The notes under the pieces are model-generated. The model worked only from the letters and a program-made list of their open reading frames with translations, searched no databases and was not told where the DNA came from. Positions 16,392 through 25,587 of a stretch of DNA of 29,269 nt are shown here, in pieces. Source of the stretch: Chlamydiia bacterium (GTDB lineage Bacteria; Chlamydiota; Chlamydiia; Chlamydiales; JBMOFD01); contig JBMOFD010000015.1 in NCBI GenBank assembly GCA_049314435.1, positions 1 through 29,269 on the forward strand, in the 5' to 3' direction. The stretch's first letter is position 1; each line of letters starts with the position of its first letter. The position numbers and the translations under genes were made by a program.

Positions 16392-16940
16392 ATGGTCTCT
16401 GTACGTTCCCTGCCCCTGACAGGTCCTCTTCTGATCGAGCTCACACGTTACGAGGACCCAAGGGGATCTTTTTGCGAGACGTGGAATGCTCAGGATAGTG
16501 CCTATTTTGATCTTCCCGTCTGGGTGCAGGAGAACAGCTCCACCAGCGGCCAGGGCGTCCTCCGGGGGCTCCATTTCCAGAGCACTCCAGGGCAAGCGAA
16601 GCTGGTACGATGTTCCTCAGGACGTATCTGGGACTGCATGGTGGATCTGCGGCCGGACAGCTCCACCTATGGTCAATGGTGCGCCGTCGAGCTGGATGCC
16701 CATCAACCTCAATGGCTCTACATCCCCGTTGGGTTTGCCCATGGCTTTTGCGTGCTGAGCGATCAGGCGATCGTCGACTATAAAGTCTCCCAACGGTACA
16801 ACCCCGCGGAAGAGCGCACGCTCCGATGGGACGACCCATCGCTGCAGATTGCGTGGCCCATCCAGCAGCCCCTGTTGTCGGAACGCGACCGCTTGGCACC
16901 TGGATGGCATCAGGTCAGAGAGGAACTTGTATGCGGCTAA
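16392..16940 (+). CDS. rfbC: dTDP-4-dehydrorhamnose 3,5-epimerase
   Basis: DPRGSF.E, VQEN.S.S..GVLRGLHFQ, QAKLVRC and IPVGFAHGF. Confidence 0.96.
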   Translation: MVSVRSLPLTGPLLIELTRYEDPRGSFCETWNAQDSAYFDLPVWVQENSSTSGQGVLRGLHFQSTPGQAKLVRCSSGRIWDCMVDLRPDSSTYGQWCAVELDAHQPQWLYIPVGFAHGFCVLSDQAIVDYKVSQRYNPAEERTLRWDDPSLQIAWPIQQPLLSERDRLAPGWHQVREELVCG

Positions 16941-17827
16941 AAGATCGCGACGAACCCTGGACATGGGTGATCGGAGGTCAGGGCATGCTGGGACACGGCG
17001 TGCAAAAAGTCTTGAAGTCTCTTCAGGAGCCCTTTTTGGCCACAGATCGCCGGGTAGATATCACGCACACGGGGAGCCTTGACGAGTTTCTTCTTAGCCA
17101 ATCCACTCCACCGACGTGGGTGATCAACTGCGCGGCCTACACGGCCGTAGACCGCGCCGAACGCGACGAAGAGACAGCCTTTGCCGTCAACGCGCTCGGC
17201 CCTGAGATCTTAGGCCAGCTGGCCCGCAAGTATGGATTTCATGTCATCCATGTCTCGACCGACTATGTCTTTGGAGGACGCCCGGCAGCGGACCTTCTAG
17301 AAACGGCGCTTCCCTGCCCCATCAGTACGTACGGACGTAGCAAGCTAGAGGGGGAGCAGCGTCTTCTAAGTCGCTATCCTGAAGCCACCATTGTGCGTAC
17401 CAGCTGGCTATTCGGGCCGTCAGGCAATCACTTTGTCTCCAAGATCCTCCGCGCCATGATGGAGCGCGAGGTGGTCCATGTGGTGAATGACCAAGAGGGG
17501 CGCCCCACCTTTACGCTGGATTTAGCACGTGCTCTTGTCTCCTTGAGAAAAGAGCATGGCCTATTTCACTTTGCCAATGCTGGAAGCACCTCTTGGCATG
17601 GTTTTGCCACCCACATCCGGCAGACGGCCCTCGAATTGGGGCTTCCTGTGAAATGCACTGAAGTGCAACCGATCCCCTCCAGTGCGTTCCCCTCAGTGGC
17701 CAAGCGACCCACCTATTCAGTGCTCTCTACTGACAAAGTGGAGGGATTAGGCATCATGCCGAGAAGTTGGCAAGCTGCCGTAACCGAATACCTCCATTCG
17801 CTGGACCCTCATGCTCCTTCACCGTGA
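16931..17827 (+). CDS. rfbD: dTDP-4-dehydrorhamnose reductase
   Basis: GGQGMLG, INCAAYTAVDRAE, STDYVF, YGRSK, RTSWLF and DQEGRPT. ATG 16931 overlaps the rfbC end. Confidence 0.95.
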   Translation: MRLKDRDEPWTWVIGGQGMLGHGVQKVLKSLQEPFLATDRRVDITHTGSLDEFLLSQSTPPTWVINCAAYTAVDRAERDEETAFAVNALGPEILGQLARKYGFHVIHVSTDYVFGGRPAADLLETALPCPISTYGRSKLEGEQRLLSRYPEATIVRTSWLFGPSGNHFVSKILRAMMEREVVHVVNDQEGRPTFTLDLARALVSLRKEHGLFHFANAGSTSWHGFATHIRQTALELGLPVKCTEVQPIPSSAFPSVAKRPTYSVLSTDKVEGLGIMPRSWQAAVTEYLHSLDPHAPSP

Positions 17828-18890
17828 ACCGCGCAGCCTCCTTGTCACCGGTGCCGCTGGCTTCATAGGATCCGCTTTTGTGCGATGGCTGCTCGATCAT
17901 GAGGAGTGGTCAGGACATGTGGTGAGCCTCGATGCCCTCACTTATGCAGGGCATCTCTCCAAACTAGCCTCCATCCTCGACGATCCTCGGCACACTTTCG
18001 TGCATGGGTCGATCCTCGATGGAGCCCTCTTGGATCAACTCCAAGAGAACTGGTCCTTCGATACGATCCTCCACTGTGCGGCTGAAACCCATGTCGATCG
18101 GTCGATCCAGGGACCACAGCTCTTTACCCTGACTAATGTGCTGGGGACCCAGGAGATCCTGGAGTTTGTTCGCCGCCATCCTCAGATCCACCACCATCAA
18201 GTCAGCACCGATGAGGTCTTTGGAGCGCTAGGCCCCACGGGACTCTTCGATGAAAAAAGCCCCTATGCTCCGAATAGTCCCTACGCCGCCTCCAAGGCCG
18301 CGGCCGATCATCTCGTGGCAGCCTATGCCAACACATACGGGCTATCCACCACCATTTCGTATGCTAGCAACAATTTTGGCCCGTATCAGCACCCTGAAAA
18401 GATCATCCCTCTCATGCTGTGCAACCTTCGCCATCGTCAGCCCCTACCTCTATATGGATCGGGACAGCAAGTCCGCGACTGGCTTTATGTCGATGACCAT
18501 GCTGAAGGCCTCTGGTCTCTGCTGCGTCATGCCCCTGCTGGACGGCGCTACTGCCTAGGCGGAGAGCACGAGTGCTCCAATCTCTCTTTAGTCCAGAACC
18601 TCATCCAACTCTTTGTGCACCATGCCGAAGCCACCGGGTGTTCTCCTCCTTCTGCCGATGAGTTACACTCTCTCATTCAGCACGTAGCGGATCGACCAGG
18701 CCATGACTTTCGATATGCGATGGATACGACTCGTGCACGTGAGGAGTTGGGCTGGGTTCCGAGAACGCCCTTTCATGCGGCTCTCTCCTCGACAGTTCAA
18801 TGGCATCTAACCCAAGCAAACCCACCGGCAAAGGGAGTTTCTTTTGAATGGACCTCGCGGCTTGAGCAGCAGTGCGCCTTTAGGCTCTAA
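17811..18890 (+). CDS. rfbB: dTDP-glucose 4,6-dehydratase
   Basis: VTGAAGFIG, DALTYAG, AAETHVDRSI, VSTDEV, PNSPYAASKA and DRPGHDFRY. Confidence 0.96.
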   Translation: MLLHREPRSLLVTGAAGFIGSAFVRWLLDHEEWSGHVVSLDALTYAGHLSKLASILDDPRHTFVHGSILDGALLDQLQENWSFDTILHCAAETHVDRSIQGPQLFTLTNVLGTQEILEFVRRHPQIHHHQVSTDEVFGALGPTGLFDEKSPYAPNSPYAASKAAADHLVAAYANTYGLSTTISYASNNFGPYQHPEKIIPLMLCNLRHRQPLPLYGSGQQVRDWLYVDDHAEGLWSLLRHAPAGRRYCLGGEHECSNLSLVQNLIQLFVHHAEATGCSPPSADELHSLIQHVADRPGHDFRYAMDTTRAREELGWVPRTPFHAALSSTVQWHLTQANPPAKGVSFEWTSRLEQQCAFRL

Positions 18891-19476
18891 TGTTGCTGCC
18901 TTTGACTTCGATGGCACCCTGACCCATCAGGAGACGCTATCTAGATTTCTCCTCTTCGGGCTTCCCTGGACGCGCACCCTCCTTGCCTTCCTGAGAATCC
19001 CTCGAGCGATCATCCAGCTCACACGTAAAGGCTGGACCCGAAGCCGCGTCAAAGAAGCCATCATCGGCCTTTTTCTCCGAGGCATGGACCTCGAGATCTT
19101 CCAGATCTACGCTAAACGCTATGCACGGCAGAGGCTCCCCTCCTACCTGGATCCCGATCGATTGGCCATTCTGAAAAGCTACCTACGATCCCGGACGCCT
19201 GTCTACCTGATCAGCGGGTCTCTCAGCGCCTACCTAAGGCCCTGGGCCGAAGAGCAGGGTATCCAGGCCGTCTGTGCCGTCGACTTGGAGGTCGATGCCA
19301 AAGGCCGCCTTACCGGAAGACTCGCCGGACTCAACTGCTGGGCCGGTGAAAAAGTCCGCAGACTCCGAGAGCTCATCCCTTTGCCCACCACACGCCTCAT
19401 CGCCTTTGGCAATGCCCTCGGTGATCGTGAGCTCCTCGCTGCCGCATGGGAGGCCCACCTCCTGCCCCATGCATAA
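18844..19476 (+). CDS. HAD-IB family phosphatase
   Basis: AFDFDGTLT motif I, ISGS motif II, NCWAGEK motif III and AFGNALGD motif IV. Start uncertain (TTG). Confidence 0.88.
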   Translation: MNGPRGLSSSAPLGSNVAAFDFDGTLTHQETLSRFLLFGLPWTRTLLAFLRIPRAIIQLTRKGWTRSRVKEAIIGLFLRGMDLEIFQIYAKRYARQRLPSYLDPDRLAILKSYLRSRTPVYLISGSLSAYLRPWAEEQGIQAVCAVDLEVDAKGRLTGRLAGLNCWAGEKVRRLRELIPLPTTRLIAFGNALGDRELLAAAWEAHLLPHA

Positions 19477-19549
19477 CAGCTCCCAAGCCGACCTACGCTA
19501 GCTCTTTAAATTAATTTATTGTATCTCTCACTTCGAGAGGTTTTGCTTC

Positions 19550-21490
19550 ATGTCTGTGCCCATTGAGCGTCCCTGGAAGGCTTTCCGCGTCATCGATCTC
19601 TACTACACCGTCCTCTTCCTGGCTCTGACGGCCATCCATGGTCACAGCATCCTGGTGGCCTCCACATGGGCGTTGACGACCCCATGGCCCTTTTGGATGC
19701 ATGTAGGAGTGCAGTGTGGGGTAGAGGTTCTTGCGCTTGGTTGGGTGGCCAACTGGATCTACCAGAAGCGCCAGATGGGCTGGCTAGCAGTCTGGATGAC
19801 CTTTTCCTTTGTGCTTCTCGTCCTCCACTTCATCGACTTCCATCTGGTGCGGGTGATGGACCTCTCCTTTTGGTATATGGGCGGTTGCGTCGTCGGTGAG
19901 ACCTGGGAGAACTTTGTTGAGATTCTCTACTCCAGTGACGTCTCTCCTCTCACCTATCTAGCGACTGGGATTGGCTTCTTAGTTGCTTTGGGAATCTTCT
20001 TTAGCACCTTCTATTGGGCGCTCTGGTCTCTAGCTCCTAGGGAAGGTGGCATCCGCGGTCGCTGGTCTCTCCTTCGCATAGGGAGCCTGGCTGTAGGCTG
20101 CGTTGGATTGTTTCTGATCACTGTGGATGGCTTCTGGACCACGAACCTTTCGCATGATTCCTACGATCGCTATGCAAGGGCCCTTCCTTGGAAGAGAACT
20201 CTGTTGGAGCCTAGTGCAGCTCTCACCCTCTCCATGCATCTAAAGAGATGGGACTGGGAACACGCCCAGAAAGGCCTTAATGGTGATGCAACCCAGCTGG
20301 CCACCCGACCTGATCTCTTTCTGTTTGTAGTGGAGAGCCTACGACACGCAGCGATACGCCCCGACACAGCACCCCACCTTTGCCAGTTCCGTGAGGACTA
20401 TTACGGCTCTCACGCCAGCTTTGCGAATGCCAATGCAACTCCGCTATCCTGGTTTGCGATCTTTACAGGTCTTCAGCCCTCCAGGTGGGGGGATCCAGAG
20501 AACGCTCTGCAGGAAAGCCCTCCGCTCCACATCCTCAAGAAGGCGGGCTACCAGGTCCACCTGCTGAGTAGCTCCAGGCTCTCCTATTATCGCTTGGATG
20601 AGCAGCTCTTTGGCCTTTCATCAGGGCTCACCGACTCAGTGTATCTGGAACTCTCTGGGAGCCAGCCCGTATGGAAACGAGATCGTGCCGTCATGGAGCG
20701 GCTCATGGCCGATGTCGAGAGCCGACGACATGAAGGAGGCCATTGCTACGTAGTGTTTCTAGAGGGGACGCATTTCAATTACAGCTGGCCCGCTGAAGAG
20801 ACTCTCTTCACGCCGGTCCCTGACTCTGTAGACTTCGTACAAGCGGCCTGGGGCCAAGAGAACATGGAAGGGATCAAGAGGCGCTACTACAACGCCATCC
20901 ACTACATGGACTCCCTGATGGGGCAATTCTTCAACACCCTGCGCAGATCGGACGAACTCGACCAGTCGATGATCGTGTTCACCTCGGATCATGGAGAGGA
21001 GTTCCTGGAGCATGGCCACCTCTTCCATGCCTCTGCTTTGACCGATGAGCAGATCTCCGTACCGATCTATTACAAGCTCCCCTCTCACAATGCACAGGCG
21101 CTGCCTTCACGCAATCGGATCACCAGTCACGTCGATATCTTCCCTACAGTTCTTCATTCGCTCTATGGGGACTGTCGCTTTGCCACTCTCTTTGATGGAG
21201 AGTCTCTCCTTGCTGAAGCGAAGCATCCCTTTGCCATCTCGTGGAGGTACAATGCGAGCCGCACTCCCCATGAATTTGTGGTGCATGATCAGGAGGCCGT
21301 ATTAGCTGGGAAGCTAGACTGGGCGTACGCCCCCCTACAATCCCAAACGGTCTCCGTCACGTCCTTGCAGGACGCCATCTCTCACCAGCCCATTCCGATC
21401 CGGGCGCTTGAGCTCGAACAGAAGTTCAGGCTCATGTGGCATCACTATTTCGACCCATCGCTTGACCACGCTGCCGTGGCGAGCCAGTAG
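19550..21490 (+). CDS. membrane-anchored sulfatase/alkaline-phosphatase-superfamily protein (YejM/PbgA/LtaS-like architecture)
   Basis: About five N-terminal TM helices, then FLFVVESLR, NAT, GTHFNY, DSLMGQF, TSDHGEEF and SHVDIFPT. Confidence 0.82.
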   Translation: MSVPIERPWKAFRVIDLYYTVLFLALTAIHGHSILVASTWALTTPWPFWMHVGVQCGVEVLALGWVANWIYQKRQMGWLAVWMTFSFVLLVLHFIDFHLVRVMDLSFWYMGGCVVGETWENFVEILYSSDVSPLTYLATGIGFLVALGIFFSTFYWALWSLAPREGGIRGRWSLLRIGSLAVGCVGLFLITVDGFWTTNLSHDSYDRYARALPWKRTLLEPSAALTLSMHLKRWDWEHAQKGLNGDATQLATRPDLFLFVVESLRHAAIRPDTAPHLCQFREDYYGSHASFANANATPLSWFAIFTGLQPSRWGDPENALQESPPLHILKKAGYQVHLLSSSRLSYYRLDEQLFGLSSGLTDSVYLELSGSQPVWKRDRAVMERLMADVESRRHEGGHCYVVFLEGTHFNYSWPAEETLFTPVPDSVDFVQAAWGQENMEGIKRRYYNAIHYMDSLMGQFFNTLRRSDELDQSMIVFTSDHGEEFLEHGHLFHASALTDEQISVPIYYKLPSHNAQALPSRNRITSHVDIFPTVLHSLYGDCRFATLFDGESLLAEAKHPFAISWRYNASRTPHEFVVHDQEAVLAGKLDWAYAPLQSQTVSVTSLQDAISHQPIPIRALELEQKFRLMWHHYFDPSLDHAAVASQ

Positions 21491-21508
21491 GGAAAGCAAG
21501 AGCTAGAG

Positions 21509-21542
21509 CTGGAGGATTATCATCCTCCATACCTCCTGAATG
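21509..21542 (-). repeat. intergenic hairpin repeat, copy 4 (first hairpin only)
   Basis: Minus strand: CATTC AGGAGGTA TGGAGGAT-gata-ATCCTCCA G. Confidence 0.72.
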
Positions 21543-21591
21543 GATATTTAGCCCAAGCGATCATAGAATAGGCGGCTCACTTGGAGGCCGC

Positions 21592-21861
21592 ATGTCGTGC
21601 CATCGCTCAAGATTAGAAGACCTCGGACGGATCTACATCATGCTGGATCACGTCCTCGACGACGATTTTTGGGACATTTTTGAGCAGTGTCGCCCCAAAG
21701 ATGCCTTTGAACGCTTCCAAACCTTCTCAGAAGACACTCAAAGGGAAACCTTGCGCAAGCTCCTGTACCGAAGAGAGTACCTCAAGGAGAAGCTCTGTGA
21801 GATCCTACTTCTGGCCAAAGGCGATGAGTGCTGCGAAGGCTGTACCTGCCGTCGCAGCTAA
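21592..21861 (+). CDS. hypothetical protein (89 aa)
   Basis: GGAGG SD, charged helical composition and C-terminal CCxxCxC. Confidence 0.65.
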   Translation: MSCHRSRLEDLGRIYIMLDHVLDDDFWDIFEQCRPKDAFERFQTFSEDTQRETLRKLLYRREYLKEKLCEILLLAKGDECCEGCTCRRS

Positions 21862-21886
21862 AGCAACAGACCGCCGATCTTCTACT

Positions 21887-21943
21887 CATCCAGGTGGCCC
21901 GGAGGATGACCATCCTCCGGTGGGTTCTGGGGCAACGCCCCAG
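21887..21943 (+). repeat. intergenic hairpin repeat, copy 5 (two hairpins)
   Basis: CATCC AGGTGGCC CGGAGGAT-gacc-ATCCTCCG G TGGGTTC TGGGGC-aac-GCCCCA G. Lies between convergent genes. Confidence 0.78.
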
Positions 21944-21952
21944 CGCAGGAGC

Positions 21953-23275
21953 TCAGTGCAGATAGGGAATCATGCGGTAGGGGACCATGGAGCAGTACTG
22001 GTCCCAGTGCTCCCCATACTTTGCCGAGCAGCGCCGCTCGTCTCTGAGCGAGCGATGGATCAGAAGGATCGTCAAGAAGACGACGTAGAAGTAGGGCAGC
22101 CCATGCGTGAAGAGGGCAGGGACGGTCCAGAAGAAGGCACCGCCCACCTCTAGTACGTAGTGGAAGTGTCGTGCAATCCCCCACCAGCCTGAGGCGAGGA
22201 GTAGGCTCTCTCCAAGGCTTCCATCATGTCGACGATAGTTGGCCTTGATCAGGACGGGATCTCGTCCCCACACCTGACATTGCCCTTGAGCAGCACGCAC
22301 CACCTGCCGTTGTCGATCAGCAGCAAAGTTGCCCAGAATGCAGAGGGTACCGAGCAGACCGAAGAGAAGGGTGAAGAAGACTCCCAGCTCATGGGGATGG
22401 TTCACAAGGAATAGCGTCGGAGAGGTATAGATCGAGGGCACCCAGACCAGGCAGCCCCAGCAGATGTAGAATCCAGCTCGGTCATACATGATGTCGAGAG
22501 AGCTCAGGTAGCCCGTCTCCCACAGGAAGAACTTGGAGACATAGAGCAGTTGGAGCCCTACTGCTACCACCATGCTGTCGCTGAGGCCGTAGAGAGCCTC
22601 TTGCTTGGCAGCGAAAGAGAGGATGATCAGAGGCCACGCCATCATGCCGAAGCGGCAGTTGGTGAACATCTTGAGATCCCAACCCGATACACGTGGGAAG
22701 AGCTCTGTTCCCCAGTAGTAGTCGAAGACGACATTCCCTGAGGTGCCATGGTCTGCCGTGGAAGGAGCCCAGCGACCCTTGACGTAGAGGAAGACGCAAT
22801 AGAAGAGGCTGAAGAGGTTGAGGGCCCCGATCAATGAGGGGAAGTGGTCGTAAATGATTGTGGGAGAGAAAAGCCCAATGCCCCAGCTCGCTCCACAGAA
22901 AAGCCCGAGCGTGGTCCAGTAGGCCATCACCCCATTAGCCTTATAGACAGGAACATGGCCTGTGGGCGTGATGGGTCCTTCGTAAGGCTTCCCAGGCAGC
23001 ACCTTCATCAGAACGAGCTGAATGAGGCCATACACCACGATGATCGCCCATGCCGTTGGGGAACCTAACCAGTAGGGAGCCCAAATTCGACAGAGCACCT
23101 CCCAAAAGCCATCCTGCAGGCAGAGGGACCAGAGAGCCGCAGGTGATCCATCCAAGATGACATTGGTGTACCACATGATGAGGGCAAAGGCTGGACAAGC
23201 CGTCATGATGAAAAGTGGAAAGATCGTTCGTGAAAATGTATTCCACATCCACGCTCGTACCCCTTCAATACCCAT
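21953..23275 (-). CDS. 7-dehydrocholesterol (sterol delta-7) reductase, ERG4/ERG24 family
   Basis: GPITPTGHVPVYKANG, DYYWGTELFPR, DLKMFTNCRFGMM.W, DIMYDRAGFYICWGCLVWVP, LLASGWWGIARHFHY and RDERRC..KYG..W..YC..VPY. Confidence 0.93.
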   Translation of the reverse strand: MGIEGVRAWMWNTFSRTIFPLFIMTACPAFALIMWYTNVILDGSPAALWSLCLQDGFWEVLCRIWAPYWLGSPTAWAIIVVYGLIQLVLMKVLPGKPYEGPITPTGHVPVYKANGVMAYWTTLGLFCGASWGIGLFSPTIIYDHFPSLIGALNLFSLFYCVFLYVKGRWAPSTADHGTSGNVVFDYYWGTELFPRVSGWDLKMFTNCRFGMMAWPLIILSFAAKQEALYGLSDSMVVAVGLQLLYVSKFFLWETGYLSSLDIMYDRAGFYICWGCLVWVPSIYTSPTLFLVNHPHELGVFFTLLFGLLGTLCILGNFAADRQRQVVRAAQGQCQVWGRDPVLIKANYRRHDGSLGESLLLASGWWGIARHFHYVLEVGGAFFWTVPALFTHGLPYFYVVFLTILLIHRSLRDERRCSAKYGEHWDQYCSMVPYRMIPYLH

Positions 23276-23402
23276 GAATCAACCCCCCTCGAATATTCCT
23301 ACTCCTATCAGACGGGAATTGTTTCACGCACTCAAAAAGAAAATTGTATTGGGACCCACCGGGCCCTGTTTGGCTCTGTTGTCCTGGACTTTTGCGAACC
23401 CA

Positions 23403-24386
23403 TCATTGGATCAGTAGCCTGGTGAGCTGCCCTGTCTTCTGCAAAACGCCATGGCGCCACAACCGATGTCTGATGAGAGCACGAGCCTTATTGAATGGGC
23501 TCTTCTCAAGCAGCCCTCCATAGGCCGCCGCAAGGTCTTGAGCTTCAGGGGCGGCGGCGAGCTGCTGCAAGCGTTGTGCTAGAGCGGCCGCCTGTCGCAT
23601 CGTGCGCACCTGTTGTTGTTGCTGTGCCTTCCACGCAGTACGACCTTCAAACAGCACCCGCGCCAGCGGGTGGGGTGGAGCGCCCACACTGTTGGCTCCG
23701 TGCTGACGGTAGAGAAGGAGCGGTTCGCGCAGAGGGATCACATGCCCGGTGGCCGCAGCGACCAGACCCAGCCACCAGTCATGTAGGATTGCGCCGGGAG
23801 GGATCGGTAAGGCGACATCCAGGAGGGCACGATTGCAGAGCACGGTCGCCCCCTGCACGATGTTTTGGACTAAGAGATGTCGGAGGGTGCATCGATCGGG
23901 ATGAAGGCCCTGATGTCTCCAGAAACTAGGATGGAGAATCTGCAGACGCTCGTCGCAGAGCTGGGCATCGCTGCAGACGAGCAGGGGCACGCTGGTTCCC
24001 CACTTCTGTTCCGCCTGACGAAGAGCTCGCATGCCCTGATGCAGGCGATAGGGAGTCCACACATCATCGGCATCGCTTAGCGCTACGTAGGGAGCATCGC
24101 TGCTCGTCAGCAGAGCATTGAAGTTACCCACGATACCCAAACGTGGTCCTCGATCTAGAAGCAAACGCCCAGAAGAGTTCCTCTCCATCTGAAGGAGCAG
24201 GTCCCAGGTCTGGTCGGTAGACTCATCATCTCGAACGAGGATCTGTAGTGGGGCTGACGCAGGTGTGGCATGCGATCGATGCCACTCCTCTAAGAGCTGC
24301 TGCTGGAGGATCGACTGCAGCTGTTCTTCAAGGAATCGCTCTGATCGGTATGTCGCTAAAACGACTTGAATGCGGGATGGGCACAT
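23403..24386 (-). CDS. glycosyltransferase family 2 (probable rhamnosyltransferase type)
   Basis: VVLATY, FLEEQLQSI, VRDDESTD, LSDADDVW, VQGAT, HDWW and LYRQHGANSVG. Confidence 0.9.
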   Translation of the reverse strand: MCPSRIQVVLATYRSERFLEEQLQSILQQQLLEEWHRSHATPASAPLQILVRDDESTDQTWDLLLQMERNSSGRLLLDRGPRLGIVGNFNALLTSSDAPYVALSDADDVWTPYRLHQGMRALRQAEQKWGTSVPLLVCSDAQLCDERLQILHPSFWRHQGLHPDRCTLRHLLVQNIVQGATVLCNRALLDVALPIPPGAILHDWWLGLVAAATGHVIPLREPLLLYRQHGANSVGAPPHPLARVLFEGRTAWKAQQQQQVRTMRQAAALAQRLQQLAAAPEAQDLAAAYGGLLEKSPFNKARALIRHRLWRHGVLQKTGQLTRLLIQ

Positions 24387-25587
24387 AGCAAAGAAGGTGG
24401 ATCATGCCATACAGCACCCCACTCAACAAGCTGATGACATAAGGGTTGGTCCACCCACTCATCCAGTAGCCCCCCGCCAAGATCAGGAGTCCTAGGGAAG
24501 TACGCGGACGCAGTGCAAGCAGGGGCCACAGGAGCGCCAGCAGAGTGCATTGCCAGAGGATCCAACCGATCAGACCGCCTTGCCAGAGCATGGCCAACCA
24601 CTGCACTTCATAACTGTAGGGCAACTTCTCACTGCGCACGAGACGTTGACTGTAGAGGCCAAGGCCCTCTCCAAACCATGGATGGTCACTCCATCTGTGA
24701 CTGAGAGTAGCCACTTGTTGGTTGCGGATCAGGTCGGAGTAGCGAGCCGCTTCTCCAGAAAACCTCTCCTCGTCCAGCCTCTGAGCTCCCAGCTCTCCGA
24801 GCCCTAGTTGCAGCACACCCCATCCTAAGAGACAGCCGATCAACCGACGCAGTGCCGCCCTCCATCCTAGGTGAAACGCCGAGATCAAACAGGCTGCGAT
24901 CCCCATGAAGAGCAGTGCTCGGCTGAACGCAAAGAAGAGCGCCACCATCATGATCGAAGCCAGAAGACCTCTTATCCAACGCCGAGAGAACCACGTTTGG
25001 TACGAAAGAACGATGAAGAGAGCTAGCGGAAGCGCGAGGTCACAGCTCGTCTGTATGCGAGGGACCCCCTCCACGATGAGGCAGGTGATGATCTGCATCT
25101 CTTGCTGCAGGAGCCCAAAGAGGAGGGTTCCACCATCGAAGGCTGTAGAGATGAGAAGCGCGCATTTGAGCATGCTGTAGAGGCTGCATCCCCAGACCAG
25201 TGCTCTGGCCAAGGAACCGATCGAAACGCCCTGCACTTCGGTGGCGATGCGCATCAACCAGACGGTCCAGATCGTCACCCAGAAGACCCGGGCTTGATCC
25301 CAGGCCATCACCGGCTGATGCCCGTGCATCGCCCCCCAGCAAGCGAGCAGCCCAACCACACCGCTGAGAAAAAGAAGCCAGCATGTTCCCTGTAGAAGAG
25401 ACGCGGCGAGACCAGAATGACAGGCTAGCCTCCCGATGGAGGCCCCTCCGGCTAACATCAGCGGGAGCATTCTTATAGGAAGTCCCCCATGGGATCCAGA
25501 GGTCGGCCAGCAGACGGCGCAGACGATGACCGCTACCAGAAGCCATTGGACCACGGCTAGGTGGACCCACCTAACAGCTGCTTCCAA
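24328..25587 (-). CDS. polytopic membrane protein, O-antigen polymerase/ligase (Wzy/WaaL-like)
   Basis: About 10-11 TM segments, FSRA, and a loop S..IR..Q......W..HPWFGEGLG, then YSYE, QGGLIG and TNPY. Adjacent to the GT2. Confidence 0.68.
   Translation of the reverse strand: MEAAVRWVHLAVVQWLLVAVIVCAVCWPTSGSHGGLPIRMLPLMLAGGASIGRLACHSGLAASLLQGTCWLLFLSGVVGLLACWGAMHGHQPVMAWDQARVFWVTIWTVWLMRIATEVQGVSIGSLARALVWGCSLYSMLKCALLISTAFDGGTLLFGLLQQEMQIITCLIVEGVPRIQTSCDLALPLALFIVLSYQTWFSRRWIRGLLASIMMVALFFAFSRALLFMGIAACLISAFHLGWRAALRRLIGCLLGWGVLQLGLGELGAQRLDEERFSGEAARYSDLIRNQQVATLSHRWSDHPWFGEGLGLYSQRLVRSEKLPYSYEVQWLAMLWQGGLIGWILWQCTLLALLWPLLALRPRTSLGLLILAGGYWMSGWTNPYVISLLSGVLYGMIHLLCYVPIPHSSRFSDIPIRAIP

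Noticed and set aside
16826..16930. Upstream start of rfbD
   Set aside because: It lies inside rfbC; ATG 16931 fits translational coupling and the Rossmann motif position.
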